The notes: generated by a model from the letters alone, not told the origin. DNA of 64,000 nt from an uncultured bacterium (GCA_943841495.1 CALSYL010000003.1:208915-272914); one strand, 5' to 3'. Counted from the stretch's first letter, positions 7,973 to 17,735 are shown. Translations and numbers: made by a program.

Positions 7973-9264
7973 TGACAAAAAAACAAACTTATAGTTGGGC
8001 ATTATATGATTGGGCAAATTCTGCATTCGCTACAACAGTAATGGCAGGTTTTTTCCCAATATTTTTTTCTCAATATTGGTCCAATCCTGATAATTTATCT
8101 ATTAGCACTTTTTATCTAGGTCTTGGAAATTCTATTGCATCATTAATTGTTGCATTAATGGCTCCTGTTTTAGGAGCTATTGCAGATAGAGGAAGTTTTA
8201 AGAAAAAATTCCTTATTTTCTTTGCATTTCTAGGTATTGTAATGACCTTAGCTTTAGGGTTTATTGCTCAAGGAATGTGGCAAATTGCTTTGTTAGTATA
8301 TATTTTTTCGACTATTGGCTTTTCTGGTGCAAATATTTTTTATGATTCATTATTGCCCGCAGTTTCAGATGAAAAAAAGCGTAGATCAAGTTTCTGCACT
8401 AGGTTTTTCATTAGGATATCTTGGCGGGGGGTATTCTGATTATTATTAACTTTTTAATGATTTCATATCCTTCTGCTTTTGGATTAATTGATGCAGTTCA
8501 AGCAACAAAATACTCTTTTATTTCAGTTGCAGTTTGGTGGACTATATTTTCTTTGCCATTAATATTTTTTGTGGACGAGCCAAAGCTTCATAGTCAGGAA
8601 AGTATTAGAGACTCTATCAAAAATGGTTTGGCTCAATTCAAAAGCACTTTGATGATTTAAGAAAATTGAAAGTTGTTGCTACTTTTCTTTTGGCGTATTG
8701 GTTATATATTGATGGGGTCGACACTGTAGTTAGAATGGCAGCAAATTTTGCTTTTACTTTAGGTTTTGACCAAGCGGCTATAATGGGGGGCATTAGTTTT
8801 TATTCAATTAATAGCTTTTGTTGCAACTTTAGCATACATAAGACTTTCAAAATATATTGGTTTAAAAAAATGGTATATATTTAGGCATATGTGGATATTT
8901 AATTATTATTTTTGCAGGCTTTTTTACGGAGACAATCACCCATTTTTATATTGTAGCTTTTTTAATTGGTTGTTTTTCAAGGAGGAATTCAATCTCTTAG
9001 CAGGAGTTTATACTCAAGAATAATTCCTAAAGAGAAAGCTGCTGAATTCTATGGTTTTTATAATATGTTAGGAAAGTTTGCAGCAGTTTTTGGGCCCTAT
9101 TTTAATGGGAACCGTGACTTTTATTACTAAGTAATGTAGTTGATAATGAAATTTTAGCAGCTCGTTTTGGCTTATTGTCAATTATGATTTTATTTCTATT
9201 GGGAGGTTATATCTTCTCAAAAGTAGATATAGCTGAAGGCGAAGCAATCGCCAAAAATCTTTGA
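7972..9264 (+). pseudogene. MFS transporter, UMF1 (Atg22-like) family, broken by about 8 frameshifts (sequence error or decay)
   Basis: WALYDWANSAF N-terminus. The protein can be followed through all three frames, and track ORFs 7972-8439, 8421-8660 and 8666-8884 are fragments of it. Frame changes fall at A7 8372-78, G6 8426-31, T3 8648-50, G6 8785-90, A7 8864-70, T5 8973-77, C3 9095-97 and about 9128. Confidence 0.8.
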
Positions 9265-9352
9265 AATAAATTTTTACTTACATTTTAATTTTTATTTAAA
9301 ATTTTTTGAAATAAAGCAATCATAAAGTCCCAATTTTTTATAAATTATCGAC

Positions 9353-9748
9353 GTGAATAACATTTCAGAATATTCAGAAGCTAGTTCAGCCAACGCACAT
9401 TAATACTGCTGGTACACTTTTTGGCGGTTATATGCTAGCATGGCTTGATTTAGCAGCAGCAAAAGCAGCCTCAGAATTTTTAGAAAAGGACGGATGCTTG
9501 GGGCGCTGTTACTGCGTGCATTAGATAAAGTGGAATTTAAAGAACCAGTTTATCTTGGAGATTGGGTAAAGTGTAAATCACAAATAGTTGAAGCTGGGAA
9601 TACTTCAGTGAAAGTACAAGTTCAAGCCTTTGCAGAAAGCAAAGATCATGGCAAAAGACTTGCTTGCACTGCTGACATCACTTTTGTTGCTGTAATTAAG
9701 GACAAAAATGGAGAATTAATCAGCTTTGAACATAATCTAAGCTTATAA
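9353..9748 (+). pseudogene. YciA-like hotdog acyl-CoA thioesterase, broken by about 3 frameshifts
   Basis: PTHINTAGTLFGGYMLAWLDLAAAKAA, then AVTAS-LDKVEFKEPVYLGDWV, read in three frames. Shifts lie near 9383, 9500-9504 (G4 run) and 9518. Track ORF 9494-9748 is the C-terminal fragment. Confidence 0.7.
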
Positions 9749-9761
9749 AAGGAAACTAAGA

Positions 9762-11201
9762 ATGGCATATATTAAAGAATTAAAATTTTTAAAAAATCAT
9801 AAAGATTTAGTTGATGAAAATTACAGCATGGTTGCAGTACCTACATTTTCTGATACAATGGATAAAGAACTAGATCAACTATTTAAATCACAAAATAAAA
9901 CTGGAAAAGTTGGTGAATTAGTTTTTGAAATAGATAATGATTCAAGAGTAGTTTATTATGGTCTTGGTAGCTCATCAGAAAAAACTCCTGAAAATTTTAG
10001 AAGAGCAGCTGGTGAGATTGTAGGATATGCTCTTGCACATAAATACAAAGATATTGCCGTAGAGTGTCCTGTTTCAGATGAAGGTGAATATTTTTGTCAA
10101 GCTTTTGCTGAAGGTTTAATCTTGTCAAGCTATAGATTTCTAGATTATTTCACAGATGAAAGAGGGGATTATCATCTGAATAGCATTACAATGGTCGGAG
10201 CTTGTAAAGAAGAAGCTGCTAAAAAAGGAGTAATTATAGGCAGCGCTGTTTGCGATTCTAGAGACTTAGGTAATCATCCTGGTAATGTTACTACCCCAAC
10301 AAGGTTAGCAGAATTTGCAACAGAGGTTGGAAAGAAAGGTAATATGAAAGTTACTATTTTTGATAGAGAAGAATTTACTGAAATGGGAATGGGTTCTTTT
10401 GCTGGCGTTGCTCAAGGAACTAACGAACCTCCAAAATTTATTATTATGGAATATTCTGGTGGCAAGAAAGATGAAAAACCAATAATGCTTGTTGGAAAAG
10501 GACTAACTTTTGATACAGGCGGAGTTTCCCTCAAACCAGGTTTAAACATGGATCAAATGAAATTTGATATGTGTGGATCCGCAGTAGTTTTTGGAGTGAT
10601 GAATGCAATTGCTGAATTAAAACCTAATATGAATGTTGTAGCAATAGTTCCATCAACACATAATATGTTGGGTGGTTCTGCTTATAGGCCAGGAGATATT
10701 CTCACTGCATATAATGGTAAAACAATTGAGGTGCTTAATACTGACGCAGAAGGAAGATTGATTCTTGCTGATGCTTTAGCATACGCAAGCAAGCACTATG
10801 ACCCTGAGTATATGCTTGACTTTGCAACGCTTACAGGTGCAGTTGTAGTCACATTAGGGCACATAGCAACAGGATTGATGAGTAATAATGAATCGTTAGT
10901 TGAAAATATCAAAGTTTCATCCGATAATACAGGTGAACATGTATGGCAATTACCACTCTGGGATGAATATTGCGATCAAGTAAAATCTGAAGTCGCTGAC
11001 GTCAAAAATTTGGGTTCTCCAGGACAAGCTGGAACAATAGCTGGAGCTGCTTTTCTTAAAGCTTTTGTAAGAGAAGATATTCCATGGGCTCACTTTGATG
11101 TAGCTGGAACTTCATATCATGTTGAAAACAGAAGTTATATCCAAAAGAATAGTGCTTCAGGTCAAGTGATTAGACTAGTGCTTGATTTAATTGGTGCTTA
11201 A
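9762..11201 (+). CDS. pepA: Leucyl aminopeptidase (M17)
   Basis: NTDAEGRLILADAL, VGKGLTFDTGG and DMCGSA metal/catalytic motifs. 479 aa. Confidence 0.93.
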   Translation: MAYIKELKFLKNHKDLVDENYSMVAVPTFSDTMDKELDQLFKSQNKTGKVGELVFEIDNDSRVVYYGLGSSSEKTPENFRRAAGEIVGYALAHKYKDIAVECPVSDEGEYFCQAFAEGLILSSYRFLDYFTDERGDYHLNSITMVGACKEEAAKKGVIIGSAVCDSRDLGNHPGNVTTPTRLAEFATEVGKKGNMKVTIFDREEFTEMGMGSFAGVAQGTNEPPKFIIMEYSGGKKDEKPIMLVGKGLTFDTGGVSLKPGLNMDQMKFDMCGSAVVFGVMNAIAELKPNMNVVAIVPSTHNMLGGSAYRPGDILTAYNGKTIEVLNTDAEGRLILADALAYASKHYDPEYMLDFATLTGAVVVTLGHIATGLMSNNESLVENIKVSSDNTGEHVWQLPLWDEYCDQVKSEVADVKNLGSPGQAGTIAGAAFLKAFVREDIPWAHFDVAGTSYHVENRSYIQKNSASGQVIRLVLDLIGA

Positions 11202-11425
11202 TGAATAAGCTAAAAGCAATTAATTCAATTCAGTTTTTTATTCAATTAATCACTGCTCTGCTTTTACTATATTTTACGTTAACATCTGATACTCCTAATC
11301 GAGCTATAATCCCAATTTTACTGTTATTTGCATGGTCATTAGGATTTTATCAGAGAAGAGTTACAAGAAGGCGCGTAAATAAGCTAAGAGGTTCAAAAAG
11401 TAAAGATGTTTTACATGAAGGTTAG
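11201..11425 (+). CDS. Hypothetical 74-aa two-TM membrane protein with a basic tail
   Basis: ORF overlaps the pepA stop (TAATG) and ends 2 nt before the next gene. Two hydrophobic segments. No recognisable family. Confidence 0.5.
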   Translation: MNKLKAINSIQFFIQLITALLLLYFTLTSDTPNRAIIPILLLFAWSLGFYQRRVTRRRVNKLRGSKSKDVLHEG

Positions 11426-11427
11426 TA

Positions 11428-12144
11428 ATGAATGAATTATTCAAAAATGATATTACTTTAGACCAAGAAAATCACAAATATATTCTTGATAGCAATCCTG
11501 ATTTCAAATTTTCCAGCGTTACAGAGTTTATCCATCATTTTTTTGAGAAGTTTGATCAAGAAAAAGTTGCAAAAAAACTAATTAACACACATCCTAAATA
11601 TAGTGGAAAAACAGTAGCTGAAGTTATAAAAGAGTGGGGTAAAGGAGCTGAAAGAGGTACAGTTGTTCACAATGAATTAGAAATGTTTATAAAAGAAAAT
11701 ATTACCCCAAAACATCAAATGTCTGTTACTGGAGTTAAGTGGGTCAAGGAAAAGCAAAAAAATCCACATAACACTTTTTATTCAGAGGTTATAGTATATT
11801 CAAAAGAGCTAGGTATTGCAGGAACAATCGATGTTTTGGTTTATAATAGCGAGCAGGATATGTATCATTTAGTGGATTGGAAAACAAATAAACGCATTGA
11901 TAAAAGATCATTTAGGAAAAAAAGAGGCTTGTTAAGCTCATCAGAGCATCTAGAAGACTGCAATTTTACACACTATTCTTTACAGCTGACATTTTATAGG
12001 TATATCTTAGAGCGTTTCTATGGTCTTGAAGTAGGAAGTCAAACATTGTTTCATTTGAAGGAAAATAATCAATATGAGATTTTTAACGTTGACTACAAAA
12101 GCGAAGATTTAATTAATATGCTTAGAGAGAAAGAATTAATTTAG
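11428..12144 (+). CDS. PD-(D/E)xK (RecB/Cas4-like, no Fe-S cysteines) nuclease, phage-exonuclease-like
   Basis: HKY...FSSVTEFI N-terminus, GTVVHNELE, the GTIDVLV...LVDWKTNK (D...DxK) core and YSLQLTFYRYIL (QxxxY). Confidence 0.7.
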   Translation: MNELFKNDITLDQENHKYILDSNPDFKFSSVTEFIHHFFEKFDQEKVAKKLINTHPKYSGKTVAEVIKEWGKGAERGTVVHNELEMFIKENITPKHQMSVTGVKWVKEKQKNPHNTFYSEVIVYSKELGIAGTIDVLVYNSEQDMYHLVDWKTNKRIDKRSFRKKRGLLSSSEHLEDCNFTHYSLQLTFYRYILERFYGLEVGSQTLFHLKENNQYEIFNVDYKSEDLINMLREKELI

Positions 12145-12729
12145 TACAAAGTAAATAATATCAATTGCAGTATATAAAAATAAATATCCAATAATCTCCA
12201 AAAGCACATTATTAATTCTTCTAATTTTAATTAAAACCTTTTCAGTTGGCTCTGTCTTCTTATATAGAAAAATATTTGGGATAAGTCTCGGGGTAGTTTT
12301 AATATATTTTTGAAATTTTTCACCATGTATTTTTGCTAGTTTTTTTTCTTCATTAGCTATTGTGGGAATGTGAAAAAAAATAAATATAAAGAGTAAGCCT
12401 AAAGGAAGATATATAGCTTTTAATGCAAAACAAAAACCGAATAGCATTATTAGGCTGAAAAAATATAGCGGATTTCTAACCATTGCAAAAGGTCCATCTG
12501 TTATCAAGTTTTTTGTTTTATTTCCTTCAATATAAAGAGATGCCCAAATTCTGCCAAATGAACCAAAGATAACTAGCATGAAACCAATGATGCTCATCTG
12601 AAGAGATTCAATCGAAGTAATGTTTAATGTATATGCTCTGAAATTGTCATTCATGATTGATAAAATAACAAGAGAAAGCATAGAAATTCTCAAAAAATAC
12701 ATGCGATATTCTGCTAGCAAACTAACCAT
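12136..12729 (-). CDS. Isoprenylcysteine carboxyl / phospholipid methyltransferase-family membrane protein
   Basis: Polytopic 197-aa ORF with DGPFAMVRNPLYFFSLIM and EEKKLAKIHGEKFQKY motifs typical of the ICMT/PEMT family. Its 3' end overlaps the convergent nuclease gene by 9 nt. Confidence 0.7.
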   Translation of the reverse strand: MVSLLAEYRMYFLRISMLSLVILSIMNDNFRAYTLNITSIESLQMSIIGFMLVIFGSFGRIWASLYIEGNKTKNLITDGPFAMVRNPLYFFSLIMLFGFCFALKAIYLPLGLLFIFIFFHIPTIANEEKKLAKIHGEKFQKYIKTTPRLIPNIFLYKKTEPTEKVLIKIRRINNVLLEIIGYLFLYTAIDIIYFVLN

Positions 12730-12734
12730 AATTT

Positions 12735-13226
12735 TTATTTTATATTAATCCTCTTTTCTTGAATTAATTCACATCCTGGAATTTCGTTACCATCTTGCAA
12801 AGACTCTTTAATTTTATCTTTATCTAGCACTCTATTCTCTTTTATATTGAAAAACTGTTCAGGAATTAGCTCTTCATTGATAACATTGACTTTAATAGGA
12901 TTTTTGTATATTGCAATTACTATATCCTCGCTTTCAATTCTTTCAGTATTGGTTTTTTCAAAATTAATTCTTAAGTAATCTTTCAATCGTTGAATTTTTT
13001 TTTCTAAACTAGATCTTCTCTTTTTTTGATTTAATTCTACTTCTTTGATACCTGAGGATAGATGTTCAAGATTTCTAATATATTTTGCTACATTAGTAGA
13101 CTTTGATTTGAACTCACCTTCAATTGATTCAATTTCCTTAATCAGATCTGTATCGTCATGATCAAGTAGGTTATCTAGCGATTTTTCAAATTCATTTGCA
13201 ATATCGTAGAGAGTTGTTTTTGACAT
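12735..13226 (-). CDS. Siphovirus Gp157-family protein (phage-derived)
   Basis: 163 aa. The N-terminal LYDIANEFEKSLDNL..., central coiled-coil and C-terminal ...NPIKVNVINEELIPEQF...DKIKESLQDGNEIPGCELIQEKRINIK match my recollection of the Sipho_Gp157 layout and length. Confidence 0.65.
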   Translation of the reverse strand: MSKTTLYDIANEFEKSLDNLLDHDDTDLIKEIESIEGEFKSKSTNVAKYIRNLEHLSSGIKEVELNQKKRRSSLEKKIQRLKDYLRINFEKTNTERIESEDIVIAIYKNPIKVNVINEELIPEQFFNIKENRVLDKDKIKESLQDGNEIPGCELIQEKRINIK

Positions 13227-13257
13227 GATTTAATATAGATAAAATATTAAAAGAATT

Positions 13258-14646
13258 TTACAATTCTTTTACTTCTTTAAGAAGATCATTTAGCATGTCT
13301 TTTGCATCACCAAATACCATTATAGAATTGTCATATCCAAACAATTCATTTTGTACTCCAGCAAATCCTGGATTCATACTTCTTTTATTGATAATTACAG
13401 TTCTAGATTTATCAACATTAAGTATAGGCATGCCATAGATAGGACTAGATTGATCATGTCTTGCGGCCGGATTTACAACATCATTAGCACCTAAGATTAG
13501 CGCAACATCACAGTCTTCAAATTCAGGATTAATTTCATCCAAGTCTTTTAACACATCATAAGAAACATTTGCTTCAGCAAGTAGTACATTCATATGACCA
13601 GGCATTCTTCCAGCAACAGGGTGAATAGCATACAATACTTTTTTACCCATGGACTCTAATGTTTCCGCAACTTCTCTTGCAACATGCTGTGCTTGAGCAA
13701 CAGCTAAACCATAACCTGGAACAATAATAATCTTTTCTGCAGCATCAAGAATCATTGCAGCTTCAGTAGTTGAATAGCTTTTAATATTTACCTCTTTACC
13801 ATCTGAGCTTCCTCCGGATGTTTCTGCCCCAACAGCACCAAAGATAACATTAGCTAATGAACGATTCATTCCCTTGCACATTATATTGGTAAGAATAAGT
13901 CCAGAAGCACCAACAAGTGAACCACTTATAATAAGTGCATTATTGCTAATTAGGAAACCTGTGGCGGCTGCAGCAATTCCAGAATATGAGTTAAGTAAGG
14001 AAATAACAACAGGCATATCTGCTCCACCAATTGGAATTGTAAGTCCAATTCCAAGAAGCAGTGCGAGCGCTATTACTACAAAGAATGCATTTAAATATCC
14101 GCTATATATAGATGATTCAAAAAATAAACCAGGAGCTAAAATCAATGCAATAGAGAGTAATGCAATTATTGCATTTATAGCTTGTTGGCCTTTAAAAGTA
14201 ATTGCTCTCCCAGAAATAAATCCTTGAAGTTTACCAAACGCAACAAAACTTCCTGTAAAGGTTAACGAACCAATAAAAACACTTAAACAAACAATTACAA
14301 AAGGACTATCCGGAGTGGTTAGAAATTCAGATGATGCTACAAAAGCTGATGCTGCTCCACCTAATCCGTTAAATATAGCAACCATTTGAGGCATCTCAGT
14401 CATTTGAACTCTTGTTGCAAAAATTAAACCAATGACAGCTCCAATAGCTACACCAGTAAGTATTAATGAAAAATCAAATTCTTTACCTGGATAAGTTAAG
14501 GTTGCAATTACTGCAATTAACATTCCCAAAGAAGACAAAAGATTTCCACTTCTAGCAGTTTTAGGGTGAGACAATCTCTTAATTCCTAAGATAAAAGCAA
14601 TAGCTGAGATAAGATAAAGTATATTTGTTATTTGAATAGGTTCCAT
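13258..14646 (-). CDS. pntB: NAD(P) transhydrogenase beta subunit
   Basis: 462 aa. N-terminal multi-TM domain plus a C-terminal NADP(H) domain (VPGYGLAVAQAQH, GANDVVNPAA). Confidence 0.93.
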   Translation of the reverse strand: MEPIQITNILYLISAIAFILGIKRLSHPKTARSGNLLSSLGMLIAVIATLTYPGKEFDFSLILTGVAIGAVIGLIFATRVQMTEMPQMVAIFNGLGGAASAFVASSEFLTTPDSPFVIVCLSVFIGSLTFTGSFVAFGKLQGFISGRAITFKGQQAINAIIALLSIALILAPGLFFESSIYSGYLNAFFVVIALALLLGIGLTIPIGGADMPVVISLLNSYSGIAAAATGFLISNNALIISGSLVGASGLILTNIMCKGMNRSLANVIFGAVGAETSGGSSDGKEVNIKSYSTTEAAMILDAAEKIIIVPGYGLAVAQAQHVAREVAETLESMGKKVLYAIHPVAGRMPGHMNVLLAEANVSYDVLKDLDEINPEFEDCDVALILGANDVVNPAARHDQSSPIYGMPILNVDKSRTVIINKRSMNPGFAGVQNELFGYDNSIMVFGDAKDMLNDLLKEVKEL

Positions 14647-14647
14647 A

Positions 14648-14929
14648 TTATTTCTTCTTAAACATTTTTAACATTCTATCTGTAACTAAAAAACCACCTA
14701 CTACATTTATTGTCGCACAAATTAGGGCTGCAAGTCCTATATATTTACTTGCGCTACCATTGTCAATTAAAATTGCAAGAATAGCACCAACAATAGCAAT
14801 GCCTGAAATAGCATTAGATCCTGACATTAAAGGAGTATGAAGTGTTGGCGGAACCTTATTGATAATTTCATTACCAACAAAAACAGCAAGAATAAAAATT
14901 GTAATTAAGCTAACAATATCAATTTGCAT
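14648..14929 (-). CDS. pntAB: NAD(P) transhydrogenase alpha subunit, part 2 (membrane)
   Basis: 93-aa three-TM protein between the alpha-1 and beta subunit genes. HTPLMSGSNAISGI motif. Confidence 0.88.
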   Translation of the reverse strand: MQIDIVSLITIFILAVFVGNEIINKVPPTLHTPLMSGSNAISGIAIVGAILAILIDNGSASKYIGLAALICATINVVGGFLVTDRMLKMFKKK

Positions 14930-16050
14930 TACATTGCCTCCCTTGTAGGTTCGTGTCGTACTACACCATTTTCTAAATATAGCATTCCATCAATAATTTC
15001 ATCTTCTTTATCAAGGTTAAATCCATTTTCGGTATGACAATGATCAATTATTGCTTCGATATTTTTGGAAAACAACTGACTAGAATGAAAAGCCATTGTG
15101 CTCGGTAAGTTAGCATTTCCATCTATTAATACACCGCCATGATTGACAATTTCATTTGGAGTAGTTAGCTCACAATTTCCACCATTTTCAGCAGCTAAAT
15201 CCATTATAACAGAGCCTGGCGACATTGTTTCTACCATTTCTTTAGGTATTAACATTGGCGCAGGTCTATTTGGTATAAGAGCGGTTGTGATTACTATATC
15301 GGATTTACCTACTCTTTGCTTCATTAATTCTTGTTGTTTTGCTTTATAATCATCGCTTGTTTCAGAAGCATAGCCTCCTGAACCAACGCCATCTTCAGAA
15401 TCGCTATCTACTTCAATAAATTTTGCTCCAAGACTTTCAACTTGTTCTTTTACTTCCGGTCTTACATCAAATGCTTCTACTTGAGAGCCTAATCTTTTGG
15501 CTGTAGCAATTGCTTGTAACCCAGCTACACCTGCTCCAATAACAAGCGTTCTAGCAGGTGATATTGTTCCTGCTGCTGTCATTAATAAAGGCATATATTT
15601 TCCAATATGATTAGCACCAATTAAGACGGCTTTGTATCCAGCAATATTAGCCTGAGAACTTAAAACATCCATCTTTTGTGCAAGAGTAGTTCTTGGAAGC
15701 AGGTTTAAAGAAAAAGCAGATACTTTCTTATCAGCTAATCCTTTAACACAGTCAATTTCTTTAATTGTTTGCAGGAGAGATATAAGCAATGTTCCACTTT
15801 TTAAGGATGAAATTTCATTCTCTGAAGGAGAGTTAACTTTGCAAACTATATTACAATCAAAAATTTGATTTTTATCAACAATTTTTGCACCGGCATTAGA
15901 ATAATCATCATTAGAATAATTAGCGTTCAAGCCAGAATCAGTTTCAACAAAAAATTCATAACCTTTTTTTGTGAGTGCAGAAATAGTTGATGGCACAATA
16001 GCCACTCTCATTTCATTAGATTTGTTTTCTTTTAAAATTCCAATTTTCAT
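14929..16050 (-). CDS. pntAA: NAD(P) transhydrogenase alpha subunit, part 1 (alanine-dehydrogenase-like dI)
   Basis: 373 aa. E.RVA..P start, VIGAGVAGLQAIATAKRLGSQVEAFDVR Rossmann motif. Overlaps pntAB by 1 nt. Confidence 0.92.
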   Translation of the reverse strand: MKIGILKENKSNEMRVAIVPSTISALTKKGYEFFVETDSGLNANYSNDDYSNAGAKIVDKNQIFDCNIVCKVNSPSENEISSLKSGTLLISLLQTIKEIDCVKGLADKKVSAFSLNLLPRTTLAQKMDVLSSQANIAGYKAVLIGANHIGKYMPLLMTAAGTISPARTLVIGAGVAGLQAIATAKRLGSQVEAFDVRPEVKEQVESLGAKFIEVDSDSEDGVGSGGYASETSDDYKAKQQELMKQRVGKSDIVITTALIPNRPAPMLIPKEMVETMSPGSVIMDLAAENGGNCELTTPNEIVNHGGVLIDGNANLPSTMAFHSSQLFSKNIEAIIDHCHTENGFNLDKEDEIIDGMLYLENGVVRHEPTREAM

Positions 16051-16136
16051 AGCTGTAAAATCGAGGTAAAATTACGCATTTCATAGCAATCATCAAGAAC
16101 TTTATTCATTATAAATACTTTTTTTATTTAAATTGA

Positions 16137-17084
16137 ATGGTGGAACTATATCCTAAAGCCAAAGTTTTTAATTCTTTCAACCTAAAAGTGTCCGATTTAC
16201 ATACAATCTTTGTTGAAGAATCTGGAAATAAAAATGGTAAACCAGTAATTTTTTTGCATGGAGGGCCAGGGGGAGGAATTAGTTCTAGTTATAGACAGTA
16301 TTTTAACCCTGAGAAATGGCGTATAATTATGTTTGATCAGCGCGGGTGTGGAAAAAGTACACCATTTGCTGAATTGAAAGAGAATACTACTTGGGATTTG
16401 GTTGCAGATATTGAACGAATTAGGTTATATCTTCAGATTGATAAATGGGTTGTTTTTGGAGGTAGTTGGGGAAGTACACTTTCTTTAGCTTATAGTCAAA
16501 AGCACCCTCTGTCTTGTAAAGCTCTTATCCTTCGAGGGATATTTTTAGTAAGAAAGAAAGAGATTGATTGGTTTTATCAATCCGGTGCAAGTAATATTTT
16601 TCCAGATAAGTGGGAATCTTTTTTAGCTCCAATTGCTGAAAGTAAAAGAAATGACTTATTATCAGCATATTATGAAATTCTAACTGGAACAGACCAGAAA
16701 AAAAAGATTGAAGCTGCAAAAGCTTGGAGTACTTGGGAAGGCAGTTCAGTTCGTTTAATATTAGATGATGAGTTTATTTCTGATTTTGGAGATGAAAAAT
16801 TTGCTGAAGCGTTTGCAAGAATTGAATGTCATTATTTTATGAACAATTGTTGGTTTCCAACAGGAAATTATTTAATTGAAAATATCGATAAAATAAGAAA
16901 TATCCCTTCGGTCATTGTACATGGAAGGTACGATATTATATGTCCCGTTGTACAGGCTTGGGATCTCCACAAAGCTTGGCCTGAAGCTGACTTGCATATA
17001 ATTCCAGATGCTGGGCATTCCATCTATGAAGAAGGAATTAAAAATAAACTATTAGAATACACCGATAAATTTGTAGAGCTATAA
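16137..17084 (+). CDS. pip: Proline iminopeptidase (S33)
   Basis: FLHGGPGGG, GGSWGSTL nucleophile elbow and a C-terminal GH catalytic His region. 315 aa. Confidence 0.9.
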   Translation: MVELYPKAKVFNSFNLKVSDLHTIFVEESGNKNGKPVIFLHGGPGGGISSSYRQYFNPEKWRIIMFDQRGCGKSTPFAELKENTTWDLVADIERIRLYLQIDKWVVFGGSWGSTLSLAYSQKHPLSCKALILRGIFLVRKKEIDWFYQSGASNIFPDKWESFLAPIAESKRNDLLSAYYEILTGTDQKKKIEAAKAWSTWEGSSVRLILDDEFISDFGDEKFAEAFARIECHYFMNNCWFPTGNYLIENIDKIRNIPSVIVHGRYDIICPVVQAWDLHKAWPEADLHIIPDAGHSIYEEGIKNKLLEYTDKFVEL

Positions 17085-17085
17085 C

Positions 17086-17688
17086 TTAAATTAAGTTTGA
17101 AATAATTGCTATCAATGACCCGAGTAAAAATGTAGTATTGTTTGTTATATCGGAGCCAGATATTAAAAAACCAAGAAGAACTATAAGTTTATTGTCCAGT
17201 GCTAATTTTGATTTCTGATTATTAGATATTTTAACTTCATCAACATCATCATTATTAATTGTGGCTGTATTTAAAGAAGACTCAATAGATATTTCATTTT
17301 TGGAAATCTCTTGACTGTTTCTAAGAAGAAATTGAATACTTTTTCTTTTAGGTGTATCTATTTCAAAAGATTCAATCTTGCTATCCAACTGCAGTGCTAT
17401 CTGAGTTGACTCTTCAGAGTTTGAAATTTCTACGCTTTTTAATGAATTATTTTTATAGTTTGAAATTGCGGTACTATCAGACTTTGCATCATATATTGTT
17501 ATATAAAACCATTGCGAGGAATACCACGCAGTTACATTTTCAAGATTCAATTTTTTATTTGAATCAAGCAAGATAACAGTACCATTATTCTTAGACTCTA
17601 CGTGCAATTTATTTATAGTTTGATTTTGAGTTAAAGCAGGAGTACAAAAAAACAAAAATAAAACAGTTAGTATTAGATTATTTTTCAC
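17086..17688 (-). CDS. Hypothetical exported protein with a C-terminal TM anchor (possible AMIN-like beta domain)
   Basis: Signal peptide MKNNLILTVLFLFFCTPALTQ, a beta-rich central region, an Asn/Ser-rich linker and a hydrophobic C-terminus. Confidence 0.5.
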   Translation of the reverse strand: MKNNLILTVLFLFFCTPALTQNQTINKLHVESKNNGTVILLDSNKKLNLENVTAWYSSQWFYITIYDAKSDSTAISNYKNNSLKSVEISNSEESTQIALQLDSKIESFEIDTPKRKSIQFLLRNSQEISKNEISIESSLNTATINNDDVDEVKISNNQKSKLALDNKLIVLLGFLISGSDITNNTTFLLGSLIAIISNLI

Positions 17689-17735
17689 CTATTGAATATA
17701 TTATTTGTTTAGATTCATATGAAACAATTTTATCA

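Noticed and set aside
8421-8884. Track ORFs 8421-8660 and 8666-8884 (and 9494-9748, 35402-35611, 36521-37186, 53333-53668, 53592-54374, 55323-56156, 43336-44154) as independent small genes.
   Set aside because: Their translations continue the family-typical sequence of the neighbouring fragment across a frame change, so they are pieces of single frameshifted genes.
11201-13226. Calling the Gp157/nuclease region a prophage or mobile element.
   Set aside because: There is no integrase or recombinase, no tRNA or direct-repeat boundaries, and no capsid, tail or terminase genes. Base composition looks the same as the flanks by eye, and the genes are embedded in housekeeping operons. It is reported only as phage-derived genes.
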